A stretch of 64,000 bases of DNA from Laetmonice hystrix. Taxonomy: Eukaryota. Positions 14,142 through 26,900 of this stretch are shown here, piece after piece. The translations under genes and the position numbers were made by a program. The stretch covers positions 15,378,001 to 15,442,000 of the forward strand of contig OZ249436.1 of the NCBI GenBank assembly GCA_965235115.1, given 5' to 3'. The notes below the pieces were generated by a model, which searched no databases, was not told where the DNA came from, and saw nothing but the letters and a program-made list of their open reading frames with translations. Numbering within the stretch: position 1 is the first letter of the stretch; every line of letters begins with the position of its first letter.

Positions 14142-16633
14142 TCTCAAGGAGTGTGAAGTCCCTCATTAATGGGGCTATGTATAGACTTGACCATATTATG
14201 AACCACCTAGTGGACTTAGAGAACTATTATGAATCGGGTATTGTCTGTCTCAAAGGCAGGAGGAAACCCCCAGCATTGCACTTTAAATTTCAAGGCAAGA
14301 TATATTTAACATGCAGAAATCGATGAAAAATTATGCATCTTTGTAGTCACTACTAGAGGGCACCACCTAGACTTTTGGGACAAGTTAATGGTTGTATGAG
14401 GAAAGTCTATCGTCTTAATAACCAATTTGAGACTTAAACTAACACTAACTCTAACACATTGTTTTCCATCGCTCATTAGTCAAACTCACTGACTTATTTT
14501 GCCAGAATACCAGTTTTCGGTATTTGTCCATTTAATTAAATGGAATGCTGTCTAATCCAGTGGTCCCCCAACTTTTTAAAAGTGGTCTCCCCCCCCCCTT
14601 TCAATGAGAGATCCGGACCAGTGAAATCTCCACCCCCTTATCTGATAAAACAGGGCTACAGGCCTAGCTCAATTAAAGTACCGGCATATCTAAAAATACA
14701 GACATCATACCCCGGTATTTCAGGGATGACCCTGACTCCAATTTCTTAGAGAAAAATAGTTTGGTTCCATCTCCAGTTGAAAATAATTTTCGTGCTCTTG
14801 TGTAAAGATCCATGGTATTTTTTTTTAGAAATGGGGAATCCCCTTCCAGGTTGGAGGGACCACACTCGGGCGTGTCACTAGGGGTTCGTCACTAGCCTAT
14901 CCATTACACAGATAGGGCAGAATTCTCAGCCCAGTGCAGAAGTTCAGAACTATTTTATTCTTAAATGCGACTTTGCCTCAACCTAGAACTTAGAAGATCT
15001 AGATCTAGTCCTAAAATGTTACGTAAGGCAGGCATATTATAAACAAGCAAGACAGTCGCGACTAGCGCCGCATGAATAATTTTGAGCTAGGCGGGGAGTC
15101 GAAGGCGAGCGCGACAATCCACCCCGCTGCCTGCCACACACGCCCCGGCTCGCTTAGGCGCTAAGGCCGCGTACGGCTGATGTTACGCACGGTCTTACCA
15201 CGGCACTGTACCAGTACTGGCAGTAGTCAGTACTGCAGGCTACACTGCACGAGTCTTTGCCTAACAGTAACACAGGTCTAATCAGAGAGTGGTCTAATGT
15301 AATAAGTTGTTCGTCAATATCGCCGACCTGCCCTGTGCCACCCCGGACAACTACATTTCTGAATACATGCTTACCACTGACACAAAAAATCGGGTTCGTC
15401 TCCTTGGCCTCTGGCCTTGTTTTCAGGAAATTTCTTACACGTTCATGTTGGTCTCGCGTCCCATTTTTAACCATCGCGCACAAGCCGAGAGTGGCTGGTT
15501 CCCTGCTCCACTCACTCCTCTCTACAGGGTGGCCCACAAAGAAAATCGCAACGGCCTACATCTGCAATATAAAAAAAACAGTTAGACGACTGACACAAAG
15601 AACTCTTGATTCAGTTCAGTGGGGTTGGCTCTAAGGTTAGAGCCATTTTGGTGGAGCAAAGTCGGAAAAATCAACTGTCTCTGGCAGGGTTTCTCTCAGC
15701 TCAGGGATGATTGCCTTTACTTTGCTTCACTAAAATGGCTCAAATCAAAAGTAGGCCTACTCAACCGAATCAGGAGTTCTTGGTGCATTCGCCTTCAAAC
15801 AAAATTCGGAAATATTCTCCAACTATTCAAAGTCAATGGTTTAGGTACGCTGACATTGCGTTTTTAGGGCCAGCCTGGGCGGCCGTTCGGGTTTATCTAG
15901 TTCAGTTTCTAAACGGTGTCTTCAGAACACCGTTTAGTTGTCGAGTGACGCTGGCCTAGCGACTCGTGGACGCTCTGCGAAGAGGTCCGTTATCGCAACT
16001 TTGCGGCCTTCGTTTTGGTACTAAACTTCTTCAACGGAGTATGAAATCGATTTTTATAGAGAGCCACAGTATTGAAATTTCTATTCCGACTTTGATTATA
16101 ATTATTGGACAAATATAACGTCCACACGGTCCGGTTGTTTACGAGCATGTCGGGTCCGTAGGTCCGTCAGCCATCTGCGGTGCACCGAGTGACCGGGAAC
16201 TGATAAAAGTTAGATCGGTACTGGTACCCGAAACGGGTAGCTTCACTCTGTGCCGTCAGCGTCTGCTTGAACAGAGCGCGACCTACTTATGCGGTCCGTT
16301 CCGGATCAACTGTAGAATTGGAAAATACGCACACCCGATAAACTGGGTCACCGCTCGTCACCCGCGCTGCGCTGTATTTGACCAAACAAACTGAGAATTT
16401 CACCTACTAAGATAACATCCAATGAAATACATTTACGTATCTGATGAAGTAACCTCTTTTGTGTACTCTCAGCAAGTTTCAGTGCCAAAAGTGGTCTGAA
16501 ACATGACTTTGAGGCGATGATGCGCGATAGGACCGAGATAGAACCCCGGCAGCATAGCAGTCGCTGGCGCATTTGTACTCGACGGTCAGAGTCCGTATGG
16601 ACGTAAGGACTAGGACTCAGGGGCCGGTTTTAC

Positions 16634-17584
16634 CATAGAACTGTACTGGAGGGAAGGCCAACTCTCTTTCGTGCCCCAATTATCGCTCAAATATGTAGGG
16701 TCGTTCGCAGCGCCCCCATGTGGTTATGAGACCGGTGCTTGGGTGCAACGCTCGGCATAGCACGGCGACATTAGGCCTAGACTCTCTTGGATTTAAACAT
16801 CAACTGGATTATGGATAAAGTGTATAGGCAGTGGAGCAGAATGTAGCAAAGGCTTGGAAAAAATCTAGGTGTCCTAGCAAACTCTTAGATATTTTAAAAT
16901 CAATTACCTAGAATTAAAATCGAGAGACCCAATCAGCGACGTCAGGAACAATGCACAATAGCGCTACGTCACAATGGTCATTTGGAATGTGATCATAACG
17001 GGCCTAAATATTAATGGCGGACGGTGCTTCGCTTCGCCAGTTCAAACGTCTCTAACTGCTAAAATACACAAGGAAGAACGTTGAAACGTGACATAAGGGG
17101 ATAAAATATTGAACCAAACAATGTCACTGACTTAGAATTGTTTAGCAAGGTCCCCCCTTTCTTAATTCAAGCACTGTCATCGCCGGAGATCGGTGAAGTT
17201 TGTGACGTTACAATTTCGTACCCTCGTAATCTGACAGTTTTTTTTGGGTAAATTTTGAAAAGATTAAGTAACAGATGTGAATGCCATATACATTTATAGA
17301 TCGAGGATTACTCTAAAATCCGGCCTGGATAGATTCTAAAATTATTGTTGTGATTTAGTATTTCTAATGGGCCGTTCTTATTGGGGGTTGACCCAAGCCT
17401 TGCGGCCAAGCCCGCTTAGTTTAGGCCTAACTGGCGCGAGTGCATACCCATGTTTACACTTGGGCCAAGGCAGATGACGTTACGGGTCTCATAACCACTG
17501 GAGGGCGCTGCAAACGCATAAGACTACTAGCGCCCCAAGCGGAAAAAATAGAGAGTTGGTCTTCCCTCCCAGTACAGTTCTATG
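16634..17584. mobile_element. 951-bp P/Galileo-like MITE with 7-bp TSD GTTTTAC
   Basis: TIR CATAGAACTGTACTGG(G)AGGGAAG(G/A)CCAACTCTCT at both ends; inner inverted block GCAGCGCCC...GTGGTTATGAGACC; GTTTTAC at 16627-16633 and 17585-17591. Confidence 0.8.
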
Positions 17585-17729
17585 GTTTTACTAAAGGTCC
17601 TTATTTAAGGACGTCGCTAATTTAACATAGAAGTGAATGGGTTGCTAGGTCGAAAATAACGACCTAGCAACCATTCACTTCTATGTTAAATTAGCGACGT
17701 CCTTAAATAAGGACCTTTAGTAAAACCGG
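17585..17729. mobile_element. Near-perfect hairpin MITE (~70-bp arms, 7-nt loop); its left tip (about 16621-16633) was displaced by the P-like MITE
   Basis: GTTTTACTAAAGGTCCTTATTTAAGGACGTCGCTAATTTAAC...GCTAGGTCG-AAAATAA-CGACCTAGC...GGACCTTTAGTAAAACCGG. Confidence 0.8.
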
Positions 17730-17829
17730 ACTTGTTGGAGTAGGGGAACCTCGCCCACAGTATTTTGGGGCCACCCTGTATTTCCAATGAGACAGGGAAC
17801 CAGCCAGACACCAGTGACTCAAAAAGCTT

Positions 17830-17911
17830 AATTTTGATTGGTTAGCCAGTTGTTGACCAATAATGCCATCGTTCTCAAATGGGATGTTTACATGCCGCGT
17901 AGGTTTTCAAA
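17830..17911 (+). promoter_or_regulatory. CCP110 proximal promoter with two CCAAT boxes and a reverse CHR-like TTCAAA
   Basis: ATTGG near 17837, CCAAT near 17857 and TTCAAA at 17906-17911, immediately upstream of the first ATG exon. Confidence 0.45.
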
Positions 17912-20900
17912 ATGGAGCGGGATGGAGAAGGCTTTCCCCAATCAAGGGTAAGTTTCTTTCTTATTTTTCGTGTAAGTATGTCCGTTTTTCTTTGTGTATT
18001 TCACAAGCGGATAGTTTACTTAATACCATCGGAATTTACAGGTAACTGAAGTCGGCGTCTATCTAGATCTAACACTCACACTGTCACTGTCAGTGTCAGT
18101 GTCACACAGTCGCACTGCCTGCACTGCCACTGCACTGGCGACAGTCAGTACGTCAAATACTTAGTCGCGCATGAAGTTGATGAACTGTCATCATTGAACC
18201 ATTCCATGTGTCAATCAACCGAGTCATGCTTGTGCAGGTCTCCACGCAAGGCCAGGAATGACCAATGGCAATGGTATTCCTACGTATAGCCTTGGGGACC
18301 CCGCCTTGGGCAGATTATTTATGATGCTATTGCTAGAGTAGAGACGTATGAACTAGTTGTACTGATCTTTATTGATTGTCATTGATCTGATGATTGACAT
18401 TGAATGAGAGATTCATTTAATAATGGTTATTCTGCCGCCGTATGGGATGGGTCATGTGACTGCAATCATTCTTATTGGATGATGTCTGACGGCAGAATAG
18501 CGCGGATTATCTAATTAGAGGGAGTCTAGTCTAAGTCTAGTGCCTAATTAACAACAATTTTGTGACTAAACTAAAGCCCGCCGTACACTTTCCCGATTTT
18601 GCCCAACTCGAGTCGGTAACCATGGTTCCCGACTGCTCCCGACAGCTCCCCACTGCAGTTGGAGCAAATCGTAGCCGATTCGAAAAACGAATCGGGAGCC
18701 GAGCGTGGTTCCCGATTACGGCCGACTGAGCTTAGATTTTCCAACCTTGGGTTCTTCAAAACACGCTCGCGGTGGTAATAACAATGAATTAATTCAGATT
18801 GAAATTATTGCAAAGGAAACTAGAGATATGTGGCTTTTATCCAGTATAAAATTTAATAAAATTATAGATTTAAGGATTCTTTTTCATACGGCCATTCGAA
18901 AATCATCAAAAACGTATAAAAAACCTGAAAACGCGTAACTTCTCTACCTTGCAGGTCTTGCCATGCAAAATCTGTCGCGACGACCTATACAAAAAAGTAC
19001 CCAGAAATTTTCCCCACATCGTAAGGTTTCCATAGATGTCTTTCTTTTAGCGAGACTCCTTTTAGTTATGAATACAGCGAGCTTTGTTTGGAAATTTAAA
19101 AGTTCCCAAAACTTTGATAATGACGTTAAATATCACAATAGAAAGCCAGGCGCCAATCGAAGCTGTGTAGGATCAGGGGCCTATAATGATGTTTACACAG
19201 ATATTATAATGCTATAATTTTCAGAGAATATCTACTGACCTTTGAAGTTTCTGTGTCTGTAGTATTTTAATGCATCTGTTGATAAAACGAGAGCTAGACA
19301 GCAAAATAGTGCAGTCTACGTTAGATCTAAGCCTTCTCTTCACGGCTCTGCCGCACGTCCTCATTATGACGCCACAGCCTTTTTGTCAGTGAAACATTGT
19401 AATTTTATGTATCAAAATACGTAGTTAACTATTATGATGTCACAAGTGACAATGAAAGCTAAACAGGTCGAGCAGTTAGTCTTCACACTATTATCACCTA
19501 GGCTAGAAAGATTATAATAACACTTTCTGGGCGTTCAAGTGGGGGTTGAACTGGATGACCTCCCAACTACGGTGCCGATCTATGGCCGCCAACACTGCAT
19601 GGGTCGGGAGCAAATAATCGGGAGAGTGTACGGTGGTCAGTCGGGAGTCGGGAGTCGGGAGTTGGGCAAAGTCGTGACAGTGTACGGCGGGCTTAACACT
19701 AACCGAGGGACTCCTAGTTTTAAAAAATTTCCGGAGGCGTGTGCCCCCGAACCCCCCTAGCAGGGATTCGCACCGATCGGGACTCGCGTCTGTATCATAA
19801 CGAATTCACATCCTATTAGTATTAGGCCTAAGTTGCCCGACCAATCATGCGATCGTTGCGCCGTCCCTGTAACCCTAACCCTAACATGTTGTTTGACCAG
19901 TGTCAGTAATAATTTAAACTATACATGTAATTTATAATTTATTCTGCTGTCTGACGGCAGAATAACCACTTTGTATTTTTAAATGGCAGTGGTTATTCTG
20001 CCGGCGTATTAATGGGTCATGTGATGACAATACTGGATTTTTATTCAGTTATTGGATGGTGTCTGACGGCAGAATAGTGTCATTAGTGCCTAATTACAAT
20101 TTTGGGATTAAACTAACACTAACCCTAGGCTTTAACCTTAACCCTAACCCAAACTGTGCAAACATATTGTTTCGTGTCGGTAATAATTACTGATTTATTT
20201 ATTCTGCCGTCTGACAGTTTCTAGATCGCCGGTGGTTCGGCCCCACCATGATAATGTTGACATCAATCAATCCAGGGTGTATTTTTGATCGCCGCCATGT
20301 TGTACTTTTGTCCCGAATGGAATATACTACAACGTATTTGATTGGCTTCCCACTTTGAGAACCGTGTTACCATTGGTCCGTCATTGTACCCAGTCAAGTG
20401 ATACTTTGTCAACCACGTGCTATTCGAAACACGTGTTGAAACCACAGACATCGTTATATGAAAAATCCTCGGTTGAAGGGAGCTTCCAGATCGCTCTTCT
20501 AGAGCAGCTAAGGGGAGCTATTAATCACTCCCCTGCATTTTTCAAATCCTAAGGTCTGAGACCCCCCACCCCCCTTAAAGAAAGGCAGTAGTCTGAGTGT
20601 AGCATGTGTACAGTAGAGGGCTGGGTATCTAGTAAGATCTAGACAATAATATTGTTATTTGTTTTCTTTTTTCTACAAGAATGTTTGCACATTGATGTAC
20701 CATAGTGATTTTCATATTGAAGGATACATGCAATTCCAGACTCTCCTTAAGCAGGAACACAGCATTTCTGCTATATTAAGGAGACTTGTTAAAATTATGT
20801 ATTCTACAGAGTCATGTTGGTGGAACTCGCATTATGGATGAGATGTTCAACATGTTTGACTCCGAGTCCACTACATTAAACTGCCTTAGTGACAGCATCA

Positions 20901-23900
20901 GCATGCCAAGGTCATATACATCATGCATCAAGTTTGCGGGACGGCCAATACTACCCCCTATTGTAAGTATCCTGGCCTAAAATTTATGTTGATCTATAAT
21001 AAATGAAAGTTGTTCTATATTTCCAAATATTTCTTGAGATTTCCTTTTTTTCTTTTAAATTTTCTTTGGATTCTTGGGGCTTATTTAAAGGGCCAATTCG
21101 TGAGGGCCGTTTTTGCAAAATTCATGCAACTTACAAAGTTATGTGTTCTAGGGACGACAATACATGTACATGTACATGCAAGAGTACACATTTGTATGGT
21201 CACAACGCATAGCTAATGAGGTGTTGCTGCCCTCATGTCAAAAACATGTCCCATCGACCCTTGCGCTCCCCCCTCTGCCCCAACGAGCCCTGCGGTCCTG
21301 CCATGGACAGCAGCGGGCAGGACCACTGAAGTGTAGGCCCTACGGTCGCCGCTGAGATCAGACTTGCCATGATTGATCCGAATATGATTAGGATTGACCA
21401 GTAAGCAACAACATTTACACTCCAGTCATCAATTTTCTTTATTTTAGATGACTGTGGAACGATATGAAGAAATGGCAATGTACAAGAGACAAGCCATCTT
21501 TACAGAAACAAGATTGAAGACACGCTGTCAGCAGAAACTGCTTGCTCGTGTGCAAACTGTTGTGGATAGTATAAGTGTAAGTGTCAAATAGGGTACTTGT
21601 ATTAGTTTTCTTGTGTTATGAGATAAATTACATTTCTGTTGCTCATATGGTGCCTAAACAGTTGGGTATCCATTATTGTCATAAAAAGTCTAATTTAATG
21701 GTATTTGCTGACATCAACCATAACTTGTTATTTGTTAAAGGTTAAAGCTTTATTATGTTGAAGATTAACAAGTGGAATATTCCCCAGAAAGACCCCAAAG
21801 GGATAAAAATATTTTGCTTTTCTTTGTTTGATTCACTGCTAAAATTGAAGTAAATTAATTTATATCAAAACAAAAGTATCTCTCACATGTCTGACACAAA
21901 TATTAAAGGAAAATAACATAAATTCTTTTTCAGAAGAGGCCAAGTGCATTTCCTGGAGTTGAATTGGATAGTCAGGAGGTTGGCAACAGAGCAGACTCGA
22001 TGAAGACATCAGCAAATCCTCCCAGGGAACTTTCATCAGATACTCTCAAAGATGACCCTTTGTCTGGCTCAGGTAAACAACACGAGTCAATCCCAGAAAC
22101 ATCATCATTGAGGGCAGTAGCAGACAGAGACAAAGAGGAAAAAGTTTCCCCCCGATCAGATGTGACCAAGGACAGCGGTATTTCCTCTGTGGTGCCATCG
22201 GTCACGCCAAGCTTTCCTCAGGAATTGGAACTACAGGACACCATGGCTGAAATCACAGACATTTCTGATGAGGATTCAGATGGAGAATCAGGCAGATCAA
22301 AGGTACTGGATGATGCTGAACAGAAAGCTGGGAGTCATGTTCAAAGGAGAGCACAGTATGAGTCAGTGGCTGACCGTATCAGGAAAGCTTTCATGGCCCA
22401 GACAGACTCAGAGCCTCTTCTGGTGCAGACAAGTGCTCAGTCAAGTACCAGTGGGACAACATCCACAGCAAGCACTGATGACACCTTGATGAACTACACA
22501 GTAGTTGCCAGAGACCTGAGTAATGTTTGTGCAACGACAGATCCTTCCAAAGTTTCATCTGAGTTAGACATTGAGAACAGCATGCCCACACAAGATGAAG
22601 TTACTGAGAAAACTTCCAGTGGTGTGGCAGACACTGGGTTGGTGGACTTCCACAGCAGTCTCCTCAGTAAAGTGGCCATGGATCCTGAAACCGGTGGTGA
22701 TTCTGATTCTGATCTTCCAGAGGAAGGAGAGACAGCAGGAGCTCAAGGTGAGGAGGTGATGCATAGAGTAGGAGACCTTTCCAGGATCACCCTCACCAGT
22801 TCTCAGAAGGTTGTGGATGAGGAAAGGCCAAAGGAAACTCAAGTGGTTGTGGACCAAAGAGAAAATGAAAAGAACCTCCAGACATCAGTGATAAAGCCAA
22901 AGTCTTCTTGTACTTCAAATACATCTGATACTGGGAAGATCACACCTCAAGATCAGAGTGAGCCAGAGGGAATTATCAGCAATGATATATCCCCACCATC
23001 AAAGGATCAAAACATAGACCTGTCTGGGACTGATAATCAGGAAAGTCATTTTTTGTCAGCTAATGTACCTACAAGTAATGCAGAGCAAGAGGAACTTCAG
23101 CTGCCATCCAGGGATAACTCTGGGATGATTACATCACCCCAGAACGTGTCTGACTCCAGCACAGAGCAAGGTGCTAAGTCAGAGAACAACTCCACCATGT
23201 ACACAGCTAGCACAGACCTCGACAAGTACATGGCTGGCTCGATGGACACCATCAAGAGCTCTATGACAACCCTGCCGCACATCTTGGATGATGTCACTCC
23301 AGTTCCTACAGATGAAGACATAAGGATAGTACCCCAGGAAAAAAGTGAAGGCTTTGATATTTCAGAAGACATCTCAAACGTTTCAGAGATGCTTACTCAA
23401 AAGGGACATTCATCCACTATATTTGTTGGTGATACTTCTACATCCAGTTCATTTCCCCCCAGACCAACCTTTTCCACTGCTATGCCTAATGTAAGTGCCC
23501 CATCACCGAAGGACAACCTCAGAAGGGGTTCCTACACCCTGGACTCGCCCTCACCTGCCCTGCTGTTGGCAAGTGAGAAACCGGATTTCAAACATGCTCA
23601 GACAGCACTTGTCCAAAAATCTGATATTGAAAGACATGAACTCAAAGGCAAGGCACAATCTTTACCAAAGAAGCTGATAAATAATAGCAAGCCAGAGGGG
23701 AATGACTCTTGTATCACAAAGCCTAAAGATGTCTTTGAGATGACCAGTAGTATGGAAGACTTGAAACTAAAACCAGTCCAAAGAACACTCAATTTTGATG
23801 AAGAAGGTGATGAAAGATCTGAGTCGACCAGTGTCCCACATTCAGCACAGGTGCTTAAGGAAGACTGTAGACAACAGCAGGCATGCTGTCATGATCCGAT

Positions 23901-26900
23901 AGCAAATGCGAAGGAGGAGCATCTCCGTCGGTATCTCCAGAACCTGGGTCACATGCCTGCTGCCCAACGCCTACATCAGAGTCAGCCAGTTGGTGCAGAG
24001 CCTGGTATCTGTGACACTGGAAGCAGTCCAGGACAGGTCAATCTATGCACAGAGTCAGCACCAGGGGGCGTGCTCAATAAGATGGACACCGGGATGAGTA
24101 CCAAAAGTGTGAGCATAGCCACTGACTGCAGCTCGTTAACACGCAGCCTACAGACTGAGTTTGATGCTCTTCAGCAGAGCCTTGTTGACCAGCAGCAGGC
24201 TCAGCTTGGCCAGCTATTGATGGAACAAAAACACCAACAGCTACTGATGCAACAAGAGTTCCTGAAGCATGAGGCCATGCTGCTGAGCTCAGGCAGCTCC
24301 AGCCAGGAGGGGCAGCTCCAGAAGTGGCAGGAGAAGCAGCTCCTAGAGCTACGGGAAAAGCAGGCTCAGCTTATGCAGCAACACCTGACAATGCAGCACC
24401 AAATGAAATGTCAGATGCAGCAGCAGCAAACTGAGCTACTTCTGCAAAGTCAAGCTATGATGGTACAGCAGCAACAACAACAGCAAAAACAACAACCACA
24501 GCTTTATCAATCAGGTCTTCAAGCTACCATGACATCACAACAGAATGGAAAAAAACGTCGTCGGAAGACCTGGCAAGAACAGCAGGGTACAGAGCTTCTG
24601 GTTGCCCAACAACAGGTTGAATCTAATGATTTCATTAATACACATCAAGAACTCCAAAATGGTCAACAGCCATTCTCTGATCGCCCAGGTGCCTTGCCAT
24701 CCATTAGTAATCACATTCTCCAACGAAAGCAGGGACCTTATTTTGCATCCATTGCCACCAATCTGTTAAATGTACAAAGTGATGACACTTTATCTGGGAG
24801 CTGTAGGTCAAATGTAGGTTCTGAAGGTGTTAGTGGGACTTCCTCCAGTGTTAACAGGTCAGGTGTTCCTGTCAGCCTTGAACCTGATTTCCACAACTAC
24901 AAACCTCAAACTGGTGGTTCCCCTGAAAGCGTTCATACCAACCCCCAACATCCACAACATGGCAAGAAAAGGGTAAGTTTCTCTGACATGGATACTGTCA
25001 CAGAAAATGGGTCAGTCACATCACGAAGCACAAGCAGCCAGAGTGTCAGTCACAGTGGTCTTTACACTGAAACAGGAGGACCCTACTATAAACTTGGCAA
25101 CCAGTATTTTCCTGTGCCAAGCATAGAACCAGTTCCAGAAACAGGAGAATACGGTGATGTAAGTGTCTTGAGTTGTGATTCATCATCTCCAGCCCGTTTG
25201 GTTGGGGGAGTGTATGTTGCCTCTCCTATCTCCAGTTGTGGATCACGTACACCAAGGAGTAACCGTGCCAGTCCAAGAACTCCAAGACACATAGCAATGG
25301 CTGGACCCAAACTGACTCTTAATGACACAGTAAGTTGGTAGATGTTTTGATTATAATCAAAAGATTTTTTTTTTTAGAATCTTTTAAAATAAAAAGTTTT
25401 GTCATTCAAAAATGTTTGAAACCTGATAATTGCTACTTTTTGCAAATATTTTCTGCACTGAATATATTTCTTTGTTATGGTACCTTAATGATTAAGATTT
25501 CTCTCGCAATTGTCTAATATTCATGTCATTTTTCTCTGAAGACTATCCCTGTAGACCTTCAAAAGAAGTTTGAGAGAGTGTCTGCTGCAGTCAAAGGTTA
25601 CCTGACCCGGCGTTTGATGAGGTCCGACAAAGTCCAGCAGATCATTAAGACTGTCACTGTTAGTAGTCATGTTTGTGCTTTTCATTACCGGTATATATAG
25701 GGCAATTCCATCGTAACTGACGTAACATTCAGACATTTTTGGGGGACATTTTCTTCTTAAAATTCTGGGAAATATTTCACTTTTCAAATGAACTTTCTGT
25801 CATATTGGAAGGTGGCAGCGAGACTTATAAATTACATTATTACTTATAGATCCTTTGATTCTGGTCTCCTCCTCAGTCATCAATAAAATCATCGTAACTG
25901 ACGTAACATAAAATATCAGTCCCTAGGGGATAGTCAAATTAAAAAGCTAAATTCTCTGAATGACACATGACAGAATGACAATGACATGAACTAAAGTAAT
26001 GTTGATAACCTTTAATACCATGCAACAATAATTCGAGAATACAAACTATCATGTACAGATTGTCATGGAACATATCCTGCGTAACTGACGTAACATCATA
26101 ACGTAACTGACGTAACTCTATCGAATGTTGATTCGGTTATGCAGGATATGTTCCATGACAATCCGTACATGTATGATAGAAATTACATGACCTGTAGTAA
26201 ACTGTTAATGTTGCACCAGTTGGGTTGTGATGTACCCCCCTCCCCGTCAAATTCCTCCCCCAAAGTCAAACAGGCAGGTCTCAAAGTATACCGCTATGCC
26301 CCTCCTTACTGTCATACCTAAATCTGCATCATGAGTTGGGTCATGATGTACCCCCCCCCCCTCCCCTTCCACCACTTAAACAGTAACAGTAAATTACAAC
26401 ATGTCGTTAGGGAAATATTTAAAGGACAATATATTGCGATGTGTGTCCATCAGGGTTTCTATATTATGGAATAGTTAAAGGTCAGTTAAAATTTCAAAAC
26501 TTTGCAAAAATGCTCCTGATTTCATTTAAGTTGGGCACTGTGAATGACGTCACTCCTTGAATAATGATCGGACCATAGAAGATTGCAGATTGATGCACAC
26601 TGTCGATGTCAGCTGTTCTGGGCCACTGAAATGATGTCACCCCATCTACAGTTACTTGATGCAGGAACTTGACATCCCAAAAGCCATCTTGGATACTTGG
26701 TTTGAGGATGCGGCCAATATAGAAACGGTCGATATAATCGACTGCATAGTATGACTCGGGTTCAATTTTCTTCTCCTGTGTGGCACTAGTAGAAGTGGAC
26801 ACTGCTTCTGGTGGAACTGCTGGGGCAACTACGCTGGAGGCCTGCTCTGGGATGTCTGCCGTATGGGCTACTTGTGGGGTTGCTACCAATGCATTGTTGA

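Noticed and set aside
19870..20150. Interstitial telomere (CCCTAA)n
   Set aside because: Only 2-3 degenerate units within a duplicated Helentron-like repeat
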